DNA from: Omnitrophica bacterium RIFCSPHIGHO2_02_FULL_51_18
Lineage (GTDB): Bacteria > Omnitrophota > Gorgyraeia > 2-02-FULL-51-18
NCBI GenBank assembly: GCA_001804125.1
Contig: MHFI01000004.1
Location: forward strand, 1 to 56,125
Reading direction: 5' to 3'
Length of the DNA: 56,125 nucleotides
Part shown: positions 18,669-28,069 of the stretch, one piece after another
Layout: each line of letters opens with the position of its first letter
Numbering within the stretch: position 1 is the first letter of the stretch
Notes under the pieces: generated by a model
Databases searched by the model: none
Told to the model about the DNA's origin: nothing
What the model saw: the letters and a program-made list of their open reading frames with translations, nothing else
Program-made: the position numbers and the translations under genes

Positions 18669-19991
18669 ATGTACTTACATTCTGTTGCGCCTAAAGAGCT
18701 TATTCAGGCGGATTACGAAGTTTTAAAGTCCTACGAACATCTCGATACCACTCCCGAAATCGAAGATCTTCTCTTTATTCAATCCCTTGAAGGCCGCGCG
18801 CATAACGGCGCCGGCGCGTTCAACAAAAGAAACTACGTCAATACGACGGTCGACGACGTTGTGAAGGCGCTGGAACGAGATCCGGAAGACATCAAGGCAG
18901 GCCGCCAGGCGATTATCGACGACGTTCTTGATTTTACAGCGGTCGCGATGGATGGAGAAAAAAGGGAAAAACTTTTAAATAAACACGGGGAACCCATCCT
19001 TGGGATTTCAATATTCAAGGATCGCCGCGTAAACCCGCGCGATGTGCTGCGAGGCCTTTACCTGGGCGGCCTGAGGGACAATCCGGATATCCGTCAGGAG
19101 GCGGAAAATCTTTACCGGATGAAAATAGGGGGAGGCCGCTGCTACATCATCGACACCCAGACGATGCTGGACATGAATCTCGACGGCGAGATCCTCGCGC
19201 ACGAAGCGCATGAGCATGAGATTGAGGAGTATAAAAAGCGCGGGCTGATTGTGGCCGTCGAAGGCACGCTGGATCCCAGGCACCAGCGCTATTTTTACAT
19301 CCGCCACCGGATCGGGCCGGGCCAATCGGACGATGCCGCATTCATCATGGCCGGCATTCTCTACAACGCCGATGTGGCGTTGGGCGTTTTTTTGGCGGAT
19401 GCGATCGATACGCTTGAAAAATATGCGCCCCTTTACAGGGATCAGGACGGGGGTCTTTCGTTCCAGATTGCCCGGGGATTCAAGGAGCTCAATATTTCGA
19501 TGGAGGATGTGTATGAGCTTGTGTCCCTGGCTTCGATCCCCGAGGCGGAGGAATTCATGGTGCCCGACAGCTCATTACGCTATCTCTTGTCGCTGGACCA
19601 GCGTTCACAATCCTCCGCGTTCAGGACGCATCTTGATTTTATTGAGGGGCGTCCGGTGGTTCCGTTGCCGGTCAGTTTCAAGCGTATCCTTTCGACGCAG
19701 TTTTATGAATTTATCAACCGCCGGCTCATCAATGTCCGGAAGCTTGAAAAGCTTGCGGTGCCTAATCTGACCGTGAAAGAACGGGATCTTTCGATCGCGG
19801 AGATTGCGAAGAAGGATTTTGCGGTGATTTCGAAGGAAGCGACGGTGGCCGAGGTCGTGAAAAAATTCAAGGAGACAAAATGCGAGGTCCTTATTTTGCA
19901 GGACAAGAACCATAAGGTGGTGGGGACTCTCACGCCTTCGGATCTATTGCATTTTTTAGACGGTCATGGAGAGTCGAATGCCAGAACTTAG
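18669..19991 (+). CDS. hypothetical protein with C-terminal CBS motif
   Basis: 440 aa ORF with coding-like composition and no family recognised by eye. The last ~60 aa (AVISKEATVAEVVKKFKETKCEVLILQDKNHKVVGTLTPSDLLHFL) look like a CBS motif. Confidence 0.6.
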   Translation: MYLHSVAPKELIQADYEVLKSYEHLDTTPEIEDLLFIQSLEGRAHNGAGAFNKRNYVNTTVDDVVKALERDPEDIKAGRQAIIDDVLDFTAVAMDGEKREKLLNKHGEPILGISIFKDRRVNPRDVLRGLYLGGLRDNPDIRQEAENLYRMKIGGGRCYIIDTQTMLDMNLDGEILAHEAHEHEIEEYKKRGLIVAVEGTLDPRHQRYFYIRHRIGPGQSDDAAFIMAGILYNADVALGVFLADAIDTLEKYAPLYRDQDGGLSFQIARGFKELNISMEDVYELVSLASIPEAEEFMVPDSSLRYLLSLDQRSQSSAFRTHLDFIEGRPVVPLPVSFKRILSTQFYEFINRRLINVRKLEKLAVPNLTVKERDLSIAEIAKKDFAVISKEATVAEVVKKFKETKCEVLILQDKNHKVVGTLTPSDLLHFLDGHGESNART

Positions 19992-21021
19992 GCGCGACCC
20001 TGTCGTGGGATACTGGACGATCATTTCGACTGAACGCTCGAGGCGTCCGGTCGAGTTCAGTGCCGCCGACATCAAAGAGGAACGGCCTTGCCCGTTTTGC
20101 GAAGGCAAGGAGGATGAAACCGGGGGCGAAGTGACCGCGATTCGTGAGCCCGGTACTTTGCCGAACAGCCCCGGTTGGTTGGTGCGGGCGATTTTAAGCA
20201 AACTCCCTATCCTGTCGCTCGATCAGGGGTCGAATCGCACGGGCCGGGGCATTTATGATTTGATGGAAGGCGTGGGCACGCATGAGCTTATCATTGAAAG
20301 CCCCAAACACAAGCATGATCTGGATGAGCTGGGCGTTTCCGAAATCGAGAAGGTGATACAGGTTTATACGCACCGGCTCAATGCGCTTGAGAAGGACCCG
20401 AGATTCAAGTACGCGCTTTTGTTTAAGAATCACGGCCTGATCTCGGGCTCCGCCAGTGACGTGATCCGTCATACGCGTTCGCAGCTCATCGCGACGCCGA
20501 TTACGCCGAAACGCGTCAAGGAAGAACTTCAAGCCGCGCAAAGTTATTTTGAAAGGAGGGAGCGCTGCGTTTTTTGTGATGTCCTAAGACGAGAGCGGGA
20601 GGAGGGCTCCCGGATTGTGGCCGAGAACGACGCTTTTTTGGCGTTCTGTCCGTTTGCCTCGCGCTCGCCGTTTGAGGTCTGGATCCTGCCCAAGAAGCAT
20701 TGTGCGGACTTCGGCAAGCTGGCCCCCGAGTATTTTCCGGCGTTTGCGTTTGTCCTCAAGGAATGCCTATTGCGCATCAAAACGCTGCTGAATGATCCGC
20801 CGTTCAACTTTATTTTCCACACCGCCCCCTTTCGCCATAAGAAAAAGGCCGTTTACTGGAAGACGATTGAGGAAGACTATCATTGGTACCTTCAGATTTC
20901 ACCGCGCCTGACGCACGACGCCGGTTTTGAATGGGGCACCGGCATCCACATCAATCCGACGCCGCCGGAGGACGCCGCGCATCTTTTAAAAGAAACGGAA
21001 ATCCCGAAGGAGAGTTTCTGA
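19978..21021 (+). CDS. GalT-like HIT-superfamily nucleotidyltransferase paralog lacking the nucleophilic His
   Basis: N-terminus MPELRRDPVVGYW parallels the paralog. It has the zinc knuckle CPFCEG. The HxHxQ position reads RHTRSQ (20467-20484). The start could also be 19966. Confidence 0.75.
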   Translation: MPELRRDPVVGYWTIISTERSRRPVEFSAADIKEERPCPFCEGKEDETGGEVTAIREPGTLPNSPGWLVRAILSKLPILSLDQGSNRTGRGIYDLMEGVGTHELIIESPKHKHDLDELGVSEIEKVIQVYTHRLNALEKDPRFKYALLFKNHGLISGSASDVIRHTRSQLIATPITPKRVKEELQAAQSYFERRERCVFCDVLRREREEGSRIVAENDAFLAFCPFASRSPFEVWILPKKHCADFGKLAPEYFPAFAFVLKECLLRIKTLLNDPPFNFIFHTAPFRHKKKAVYWKTIEEDYHWYLQISPRLTHDAGFEWGTGIHINPTPPEDAAHLLKETEIPKESF

Positions 21022-22028
21022 TGGCTCAATTAAGGAAAGATCCGATCACGAGCCGCTGGATTATTGTCAATACCGAGAATCCCAAGAGACCGGACGAGTT
21101 TCAGGTTGAGCCTCATACCCAATCCACAAAAGTGTGTCCTTTTTGCCCCGGGAATGAAGCGATGACGCCTCCTGAAATCCTGGTGCATGGACGCCGGAGC
21201 GGCGCCAAGAATACTTCGAGCTGGCTTGTGCGTGTGGTGCCGAACAAGTTTCCGGCGCTTCGGATCGAAGAGTCCACGGAAAAGGCAGGCATCGGGATTT
21301 ACGAAAAGGTGGGAGGTTTTGGTGCCCACGAAGTGATTATTGAAAATCCCGATCACAACAAACAGCTTGCGGATTTGCCGTTGGACCACGTGGAACTTGT
21401 CTTCAAGGCTTTTCGGGACCGCTGCCTGGACTTAAGGAAGGACCCTCGCTTCAAGTATATCCTCATTTTTAAGAACTACGGTTCTTCGGCCGGGGCGAGC
21501 CTCGAACACCCTCACTCGCAGCTCATCGGCCTTCCGATTGTGCCTTCGCGCGTACTGGGAGAGATACGGGGTTCAACCTCCTATCATGAAGCCTCGGACC
21601 GCTGTATCTATTGCGATATTATAAGCCAGGAACGTTCCGAGAAAAAACTCACGGTTTTCGAAAACGACGAGTTCGTGTCGCTTTGCCCGTTTGCCTCGCG
21701 GTTTCCTTTTGAAAACTGTATTTTACCCAAAAACCACCAGTCCAGTTTTGATGCGGTGGAGGACCGAAGCTTGCACGCGCTTGCCCAAGCCCTGAAAGCG
21801 ACGCTCGTTAAGATCAAAAAGGTTTTGAAAGACCCTGCGTTCAATTTCATGATTCATACGATCCCGATGTATTCGAAGGAATTTGAGACCTATCACTGGC
21901 ACGTTGAGATTATTCCACAGCTGACCCGCGTCGCGGGCTTTGAACTCGGTACCGGCTTTTACGTAAATCCTACGCCGCCCGAGATGGCCGCCGAGGCCTT
22001 GAGGTGTGTTACAATACCTGGTTTATGA
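21021..22028 (+). CDS. GalT-like (galactose-1-phosphate uridylyltransferase / ADP-glucose phosphorylase family) nucleotidyltransferase
   Basis: MAQLRKDPITSRW, CPFCPGNE, and an intact EHPHSQ motif (21504-21521). TGATG overlap with the upstream gene. Confidence 0.85.
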   Translation: MAQLRKDPITSRWIIVNTENPKRPDEFQVEPHTQSTKVCPFCPGNEAMTPPEILVHGRRSGAKNTSSWLVRVVPNKFPALRIEESTEKAGIGIYEKVGGFGAHEVIIENPDHNKQLADLPLDHVELVFKAFRDRCLDLRKDPRFKYILIFKNYGSSAGASLEHPHSQLIGLPIVPSRVLGEIRGSTSYHEASDRCIYCDIISQERSEKKLTVFENDEFVSLCPFASRFPFENCILPKNHQSSFDAVEDRSLHALAQALKATLVKIKKVLKDPAFNFMIHTIPMYSKEFETYHWHVEIIPQLTRVAGFELGTGFYVNPTPPEMAAEALRCVTIPGL

Positions 22029-23032
22029 AAAGTTTCGTGGTAAGAACCGTCATCAGTGTCGGGTTTCTTTGCCTGTTGTTTTACCTGATGCGCGGCAATA
22101 TTCCCGATATTCTCACTGCGCTGAAGGGCATTGATCAAACAAGGCTGCTCCTGGCCGTATTTATTTCGCTGACCGCGGTCCTGATCATTGCCAGGCGCCT
22201 TAAGCTTATTTTTGTCGCGGATAACATTCCGATGCGCTTTGTGGAGTCCGTCAACCTGACGTTCATAGGCTGTTTTTTCAATAATTTCCTTCCGACGTCG
22301 GTGGGAGGCGACATTGTGAAGGCCATGTGTGCGGCCCGGATTACCGGGCATCCTGTCAAGTCGGTGACTTCAGTCTTGATGGACAGACTATTCGGTCTTT
22401 TCACGTTCATTGCGATCCCGAGCGTGAGCTTTGTTTTTTTTCTAAAAGGCAGCGAGAATCCGGTCGTGCCCGTCCTGATCTATTCGTTCCTGGCCGCCGC
22501 GCTTTTTAGTTTTTTTCTTTTGTTCAATCGGAATGTGGCGCGGCGTTTCAGGTTCGTTGAGGGGCTCCTGAATCGGTTTCATCTGGGAGAAAAAATAAGG
22601 AAAGTTTACGACGGTCTCCATAATTTCAAAAATCATAAAGCGGTAATAGCGCAAGCCATGCTTTTATCCGTTGTCGGTCAGGTGGTAAGCGTTTGGGCGC
22701 TGTATCTGATGGCTCGGGCGCTGGGCGCCACTGCGCCGATGGTTTATTTCTTTCTTTTGGTGCCGGTCGTTCATCTCATCAGCATGCTGCCGTCGCTCAA
22801 CGGTCTGGGGATTCGGGAGGGGGCGTACGTTTATTTTCTTGCGCCTCATATCGGAGCTCACAATGCAGCGGCGCTCGGGGTCTTGTTTCTTGCGCTTTTA
22901 TTTTTGCAAAGCATTATCGGGGGCGTCATTTATGCGCTTAGCCCGAGATATCATGTGAGTTTTAAAAGGAGTCGCTATGAAAAAAATACTCGTCATCCAT
23001 GGACCGAACCTGAATCTGCTCGGAAAGCGTGA
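22025..23032 (+). CDS. flippase-like / LPG-synthase-TM (UPF0104) family membrane protein
   Basis: ATGA overlap start. Polytopic, with [16 protein letters not shown] and the [14 protein letters not shown] motifs typical of this family. Confidence 0.7.
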   Translation: MKSFVVRTVISVGFLCLLFYLMRGNIPDILTALKGIDQTRLLLAVFISLTAVLIIARRLKLIFVADNIPMRFVESVNLTFIGCFFNNFLPTSVGGDIVKAMCAARITGHPVKSVTSVLMDRLFGLFTFIAIPSVSFVFFLKGSENPVVPVLIYSFLAAALFSFFLLFNRNVARRFRFVEGLLNRFHLGEKIRKVYDGLHNFKNHKAVIAQAMLLSVVGQVVSVWALYLMARALGATAPMVYFFLLVPVVHLISMLPSLNGLGIREGAYVYFLAPHIGAHNAAALGVLFLALLFLQSIIGGVIYALSPRYHVSFKRSRYEKNTRHPWTEPESARKA

Positions 23033-23441
23033 GCCGGAGATTTACGGCACCGTGACCCTGAAGAAAATCAACGAATCCTTAAAGAAAATGGCTGCCACTC
23101 ATCGCGTGGCCGTCGAATTTTTTCAGTCCGATCATGAGGGTGAGATTGTGTCCAAGATCGGAGCCTCCGTCGGCACGGTGGATGCGATCGTAATCAATCC
23201 CGCCGCCTACACGCACACGAGCGTGGCGATTCGGGACGCCGTCGCGGCCGTGAAGGTGCCTGTGATCGAGGTGCATCTTTCCAATATCTACAGCCGTGAG
23301 CCGTTCCGGCACGAGTCACTGGTGGCCCCGGTGGCAGTGGGCCAGATTTCGGGATTCGGACAAGAGAGTTATGAGCTGGGTTTTTTGGCCGCGCTGGAAT
23401 TGGCGGGCGCCGGAAAATCCGGAAAAAGAGACGCCAAGTGA
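22977..23441 (+). CDS. aroQ: type II 3-dehydroquinate dehydratase
   Basis: [37 protein letters not shown] and HLSNI. Confidence 0.95.
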   Translation: MKKILVIHGPNLNLLGKREPEIYGTVTLKKINESLKKMAATHRVAVEFFQSDHEGEIVSKIGASVGTVDAIVINPAAYTHTSVAIRDAVAAVKVPVIEVHLSNIYSREPFRHESLVAPVAVGQISGFGQESYELGFLAALELAGAGKSGKRDAK

Positions 23442-23590
23442 CCCCACCACCTCTTTTAAAATTTTTAATTTTGGCGCAAAGCGCTGAAGCGACGTTGCCC
23501 CACCACCTGTTTCGTCCGCAAAGCGGACTGATTGCTTTGCAATCGGAGAAACAGGTGGTGGGGTTGTCGCTTCAAAAAGAGGTGGTGGGG
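23442..23590. repeat. nested structured element containing core repeat E (23498-23563)
   Basis: Outer stem CCCCACCACCTCTTTT / AAAAGAGGTGGTGGGG. Middle stem GAAGCGAC / GTCGCTTC. The core is CCCCACCACCTGTTT-[CGTCCGCaaaGCGGAC]-[ATTGCtttGCAAT]-AAACAGGTGGTGGGG. Confidence 0.85.
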
Positions 23591-24654
23591 TGAACTTGAG
23601 GCTTCAGAATCTGTTTAAGTTATTTGAGAAATACTCCCTGGATTCGCTTCTCGTGAGTTCCTGGCCGAACGTGACTTACCTGAGCGGTTTTAAGAGCACC
23701 GAGTCCTGGATTTTTGTTTCACCCAAAGGGCTGTATTTTATTACCGATTCCCGGTATCTTGAGCAAGCGAAGGAAGAAGCCAGGGGATTTAAGGTGTTAT
23801 TGCGCGGCAAGCGGGGGGTGACGGAGATTGTCTCAGAACTTGCCGCCAAACATAAACTGAAATCCATAGGTTTTGAATCTTCGGTGGTTACGCATAGTTT
23901 TTATGAGGTGCTTTGCAAGAATGTGGGCCGGGACAGGTTGAGGCCGGTCCGAGGACTTGTAGAAAAATTAAGAGAAAAAAAAGATGCTTTTGAGATTGAT
24001 CAAACCCGCAAGTCAGTTGAGATTGCCGTCAAGGGTTTCCATTACGTAAAAAATATCGCCCGGCCGGGCATGACCGAACGGGAGATACAAGGGAGGCTCG
24101 AATTTTATACCAAGACTCTCGGGGCCGAGAAACCCGCCTTCGACACTATCATTGCCGCCGGAGCCCGCTCCTCAATGCCCCATTGCCAAACCAACCAAAC
24201 GCCGGTGAAAGACAATCATATACTTCTGGTGGACATGGGGGTCGTGTATGGGGGTTATCATTCGGATTTGACCCGCCCTATTTTTTTAGGTAAAATGAGC
24301 GTTTTATTGCAAAAAATATATAAGATTGTCTGGCGCGCCCAGCGTCTCGGGATCCAGAAGGCGGGCCCGGGGGTACCGGTTCGTGAAGTGGACCGCGCCT
24401 GCCGGCAGGCCATTCAAAAGGCCGGTTATGGCCGGTATTTTGGTCACGGCGCCGGGCATGGGGTGGGCCTTGAGGTCCACGAGGCGCCTGCCGTGTCCTC
24501 GAGAAGCGGCACGGTTCTGGAGCCGGGCATGGTGATTACAGTGGAGCCGGGCATTTATTTGCCGGGGAAATTCGGGGTCAGAATCGAAGATATGGTGCTG
24601 ATCACAAAAAACGGAGCTGAGGTGTTGACGCGTGATCTCGACAAGCGAATTTAA
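23590..24654 (+). CDS. Xaa-Pro aminopeptidase (M24B)
   Basis: Creatinase-like N-domain plus [28 protein letters not shown] and EPGIY...RIED. GTG start preceded by AAGAGGTGG. Confidence 0.9.
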   Translation: MNLRLQNLFKLFEKYSLDSLLVSSWPNVTYLSGFKSTESWIFVSPKGLYFITDSRYLEQAKEEARGFKVLLRGKRGVTEIVSELAAKHKLKSIGFESSVVTHSFYEVLCKNVGRDRLRPVRGLVEKLREKKDAFEIDQTRKSVEIAVKGFHYVKNIARPGMTEREIQGRLEFYTKTLGAEKPAFDTIIAAGARSSMPHCQTNQTPVKDNHILLVDMGVVYGGYHSDLTRPIFLGKMSVLLQKIYKIVWRAQRLGIQKAGPGVPVREVDRACRQAIQKAGYGRYFGHGAGHGVGLEVHEAPAVSSRSGTVLEPGMVITVEPGIYLPGKFGVRIEDMVLITKNGAEVLTRDLDKRI

Positions 24655-25201
24655 AACGGGGGTTGTCATAAAAGTCGACCAGGCACTCTGTGAAATCATA
24701 GAATTTCAGCTCGTTAAAATGCAGCAACGCCAGCCTATTGTTCGCACGAAGCTCCGCAATATCAAAACGGGGAATATGTTAGAGCAGGCGTTCCGGTCCG
24801 GCGATAGTTTCGAGGAAATTTATCTCGAGCAGCGCCCCATCCAGTACCTATACAATGAAGGCAGGCATTACCACTTTATGGACAGTGAAACTTACCATGA
24901 GGTCGTGGTGGATGCAGCACTTCTGGGAGACAGGGTGCATTTCATGAAAGACGATTCTGAGGCCATCGGTCGTTTTAACGGCGAAGAGCTTCTTTTGGTG
25001 GAGCTTCCCTCGTCCGTGGTCCTTCTAATTAAGGAAACCGAGCCCGGCATCCGGGGTGACACCGCCAAAAGCGGTACGAAGCCCGCAAAGGTAGAAACAG
25101 GGGCCACGATTAAAGTACCGTTGTTCGTGAATGCCGGCGACAAGATTCGGGTGGATACCCGCACCGGCCAATATCTTGAGAGGGTTCAGGGTGAATATTA
25201 A
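24632..25201 (+). CDS. efp: elongation factor P
   Basis: [15 protein letters not shown] and KPAKVETGATIKVPLFV. 189 aa with a GTG start. Confidence 0.95.
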   Translation: MISTSEFKTGVVIKVDQALCEIIEFQLVKMQQRQPIVRTKLRNIKTGNMLEQAFRSGDSFEEIYLEQRPIQYLYNEGRHYHFMDSETYHEVVVDAALLGDRVHFMKDDSEAIGRFNGEELLLVELPSSVVLLIKETEPGIRGDTAKSGTKPAKVETGATIKVPLFVNAGDKIRVDTRTGQYLERVQGEY

Positions 25202-25649
25202 AGAAATCAAGGAGATGATCCAGCTCATGAATGAGAACAATCTCACGGAGCTGGAGATGGAAGAGGACGGCGTCAAGATCCGGCTCAAGAAAAACGCGGC
25301 CGGTTTCATCGAGCCATCGGTGGTTACCCAGATGCATCCGGTCCCAGGAGCGTCGTTGTCCGCGCGCGAGAAGGCACAAAACCTGGAAGCCGCAACACCT
25401 CCTGCCCCCGCCCCTAAGAGCCTCATCAAGTCGCCGATGGTGGGCACGTTTTATGCATCGCCCGCTCCGGATGCGCCCTCGTTTGTCCAGGCGGGATCGC
25501 CGGTGGAAGTGGGGCAGGTAGTCTGCATCATAGAGGCCATGAAACTCATGAATGAAATCAAGTCCGAAATTCGGGGCAGGGTCGTCGAAATTTTAGTGAA
25601 CAACGGCAGTCCTGTAGAGTTTGGCCAACCTCTATTTTCTCTTGAGTAA
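25191..25649 (+). CDS. accB: acetyl-CoA carboxylase biotin carboxyl carrier protein
   Basis: The GTG at 25191 gives NIKEIKEMIQLMNENNLTELE, a typical AccB N-terminus. It has an Ala/Pro linker and the biotinyl motif IEAMKLMNEI. Confidence 0.9.
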   Translation: MNIKEIKEMIQLMNENNLTELEMEEDGVKIRLKKNAAGFIEPSVVTQMHPVPGASLSAREKAQNLEAATPPAPAPKSLIKSPMVGTFYASPAPDAPSFVQAGSPVEVGQVVCIIEAMKLMNEIKSEIRGRVVEILVNNGSPVEFGQPLFSLE

Positions 25650-25658
25650 TCCTTAAAA

Positions 25659-27047
25659 ATGTTTTCAAAAATCCTGGTCGCTAACCGCGGCGAAATTGCC
25701 TTGAGAATCATTCGTGCCTGCAAGGAACTCGGCGTGCGGACGGTTGCGATTTATTCGGAGCCGGACGCCAGTTCCCCGCACGTGCATCTGGCGGATGAGG
25801 CCGTTTGTATCGGGAGTGCGGCGGTTTCGCAAAGCTATCTGAACATCCCTGCCATTATCAGCGCCGCCGAAATCACGGATGTGGATGCGATTCACCCGGG
25901 TTACGGGTTTCTTTCCGAGAACGCGCATTTTGCCGAGATCTGCGAATCCTGCCAGATCAAGTTCATAGGCCCGAGCCCCCAGGCGATCCGTTCCATGGGC
26001 GATAAGTTGGCCGCGCGCGAAACGGTCCGAAAAGTGGGCGTGCCGATCATTCCCGGGGCTCAAGAACAGGTGAAGGACAAGGAAGAAGCGTTGAAGATCG
26101 CCAAACGCATTAAATACCCGGTGATCCTCAAGGCATCGGCCGGCGGCGGCGGCCGTGGCCTGCGGGTGTGCCACAATGAAGTGCGTTTGGTGGGCTCTTT
26201 GATGACCGCCCAGCACGAGGCGGAAACTGCGTTTGGCAGCCCTTCGGTTTACATTGAGAAGTATATTGAGAAACCCAAACACATCGAGATTCAGCTCTTG
26301 GCGGATTCCCACGGGCACATCACTTATCTTTACGAGAGAGAGTGCACGATCCAGCGGCGCCATCAGAAGCTTCTGGAGGAAGCGCCTTCTCCTTCAGTCG
26401 ATTGGAAGCTTCGAAAAAAAATGGGAGACGTCGCGATGAAAGTGGCCAAAGCCGTCAACTACGTGAATGCGGGCACGGTGGAATTCTTATTGGATACGGA
26501 CGGCAAATTTTATTTTCTTGAGATGAACACGCGCGTGCAGGTGGAGCACGGGATCACGGAGCTTGTGACGGGCATTGATATCGTGAAGGAGCAGATCCGT
26601 ATCGCCACCGGCGAGAAGCTCACGGTCATCAAACAGGATAAGATTCCGCTGAAGGGCCATTCGATTGAGTGCCGCATCAATGCGGAGGACCCTTCCAATA
26701 ACTTTGTGCCGTGTCCGGGGAAAATTGAGCGTTACAACGCGCCGGGCGGCCCCGGTATCCGCTTGGATAGCCACGCCTATGCGGGTTACACGGTATTGCC
26801 TTATTATGATTCGATGATCGGGAAGCTCATGTCCCATGGCCGCAACCGCGGCGAGGCGATCAGCATCATGCAGCGCGCGCTTGAGGAATTTATTGTGGAG
26901 CCCATCAAAACCACGATTTCTCTCCATAAGGAGATACTAAAAAATCCCGTTTTCCGCCGGGGCCAGATGTACACGGATTTTATCCAGCGCGTGCTCGGCG
27001 AGTGGGGAGACAAGAACGGGGATGAAAGTCAGGAGGAGAAAAAATGA
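25659..27047 (+). CDS. accC: acetyl-CoA carboxylase biotin carboxylase subunit
   Basis: MFSKILVANRGEIALRIIRA, GGGGRGLRV and EMNTRVQVEH. Confidence 0.95.
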   Translation: MFSKILVANRGEIALRIIRACKELGVRTVAIYSEPDASSPHVHLADEAVCIGSAAVSQSYLNIPAIISAAEITDVDAIHPGYGFLSENAHFAEICESCQIKFIGPSPQAIRSMGDKLAARETVRKVGVPIIPGAQEQVKDKEEALKIAKRIKYPVILKASAGGGGRGLRVCHNEVRLVGSLMTAQHEAETAFGSPSVYIEKYIEKPKHIEIQLLADSHGHITYLYERECTIQRRHQKLLEEAPSPSVDWKLRKKMGDVAMKVAKAVNYVNAGTVEFLLDTDGKFYFLEMNTRVQVEHGITELVTGIDIVKEQIRIATGEKLTVIKQDKIPLKGHSIECRINAEDPSNNFVPCPGKIERYNAPGGPGIRLDSHAYAGYTVLPYYDSMIGKLMSHGRNRGEAISIMQRALEEFIVEPIKTTISLHKEILKNPVFRRGQMYTDFIQRVLGEWGDKNGDESQEEKK

Positions 27048-28066
27048 AAATAGGGGTTTTGACCGGCGGCGGAGACTGTCCGGGTCTGAATCCGGTGATT
27101 CGCGCCACGGTACGCACCGCGCATCATTACGGATATCAGGTGATGGGGATTGAAAATGGCTGGAAAGGCCTTGTGGAAAACACCGCGCGGCCTCTGGACC
27201 TCGGCGCCGTATCCGGGATTATTCACCGGGGTGGGACGATCTTGGGCACGAGCCGCACCAATCCTTATGGGGATCCCGCGAAGCTTGAGAAGCTGAAGAG
27301 TCATTTTAAATCATTGGGGCTTGACGCGCTGATCGTGATCGGCGGCGAAGACACGCTGGGAGTGGCCGCGAAGCTTTATAAGGACGGTTTTAAGGTGGTG
27401 GGTGTCCCGAAGACCATTGACAATGACCTTTCAGGAACGGATTTTACGTTTGGTTTTGACACGGCTGTCAATATCGCCATGGAAGCGATTGACCGCCTTC
27501 ACTCAACAGCCGAGAGCCACCATCGCATCATGGTGGTGGAAGTCATGGGCCGCCATGCGGGTTGGATCGCGCTTCACTCGGGGATCGCGGGCGGCGCGGA
27601 CCTGATTTTGATTCCGGAAATCCCGATCAGGATAAATGAAGTGCTGGATGTGATCCAAAGGAGGCAGCGCCGCGGGAAGCAGTTCAGCATCGTCGTGGTG
27701 GCCGAAGGCGCCAAGTTTGAGGGCAGTGAAGTGCTGGTCGGAAAAAAACTCGATGATTTTGGCCACAGTCGGCTCGGCGGTATCGGGGAGTTGCTGGCAC
27801 AGAAGATAGAAGAAAGTACGAAGTGTGAAACCCGCGTCACGGTGCTGGGCCACATTCAGCGCGGCGGAAGCGCCACTGCCTACGACCGCGTGCTGGGTAC
27901 GCGCTTTGGCTCCAAGGCCGTTGAATTGGTGAGGGCGGGCCAGTTTGGCCAGATGGTGGCCCTGAAAGGCACCGAAATCGTGTCGGTCGCCATCGAGGTG
28001 GCCGTCGGAAAGCTCAAAACCGTGGACCCCTCCTTCTATGAAATGGCAAAGGTATTTTTTGGTTAG
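27044..28066 (+). CDS. 6-phosphofructokinase, probably PPi-dependent type
   Basis: GVLTGGGDCPGLN, GGEDT and PKTIDNDL (Asp and Lys at the positions that distinguish PPi- from ATP-PFKs), and MGRHAG. Confidence 0.85.
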   Translation: MKIGVLTGGGDCPGLNPVIRATVRTAHHYGYQVMGIENGWKGLVENTARPLDLGAVSGIIHRGGTILGTSRTNPYGDPAKLEKLKSHFKSLGLDALIVIGGEDTLGVAAKLYKDGFKVVGVPKTIDNDLSGTDFTFGFDTAVNIAMEAIDRLHSTAESHHRIMVVEVMGRHAGWIALHSGIAGGADLILIPEIPIRINEVLDVIQRRQRRGKQFSIVVVAEGAKFEGSEVLVGKKLDDFGHSRLGGIGELLAQKIEESTKCETRVTVLGHIQRGGSATAYDRVLGTRFGSKAVELVRAGQFGQMVALKGTEIVSVAIEVAVGKLKTVDPSFYEMAKVFFG

Positions 28067-28069
28067 ACA

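Noticed and set aside
19249-19770. 173-aa + strand ORF in an alternative frame.
   Set aside because: It is fully nested in the 440-aa ORF 18669-19991. The product is Arg/Ser/Trp-rich and compositionally unlike the neighbouring proteins.
25665-26363. 232-aa ORF on the - strand.
   Set aside because: It is entirely antisense to accC, which has unmistakable biotin carboxylase motifs. The product is Arg/Gly/Ala-rich low-complexity sequence, typical of shadow ORFs.
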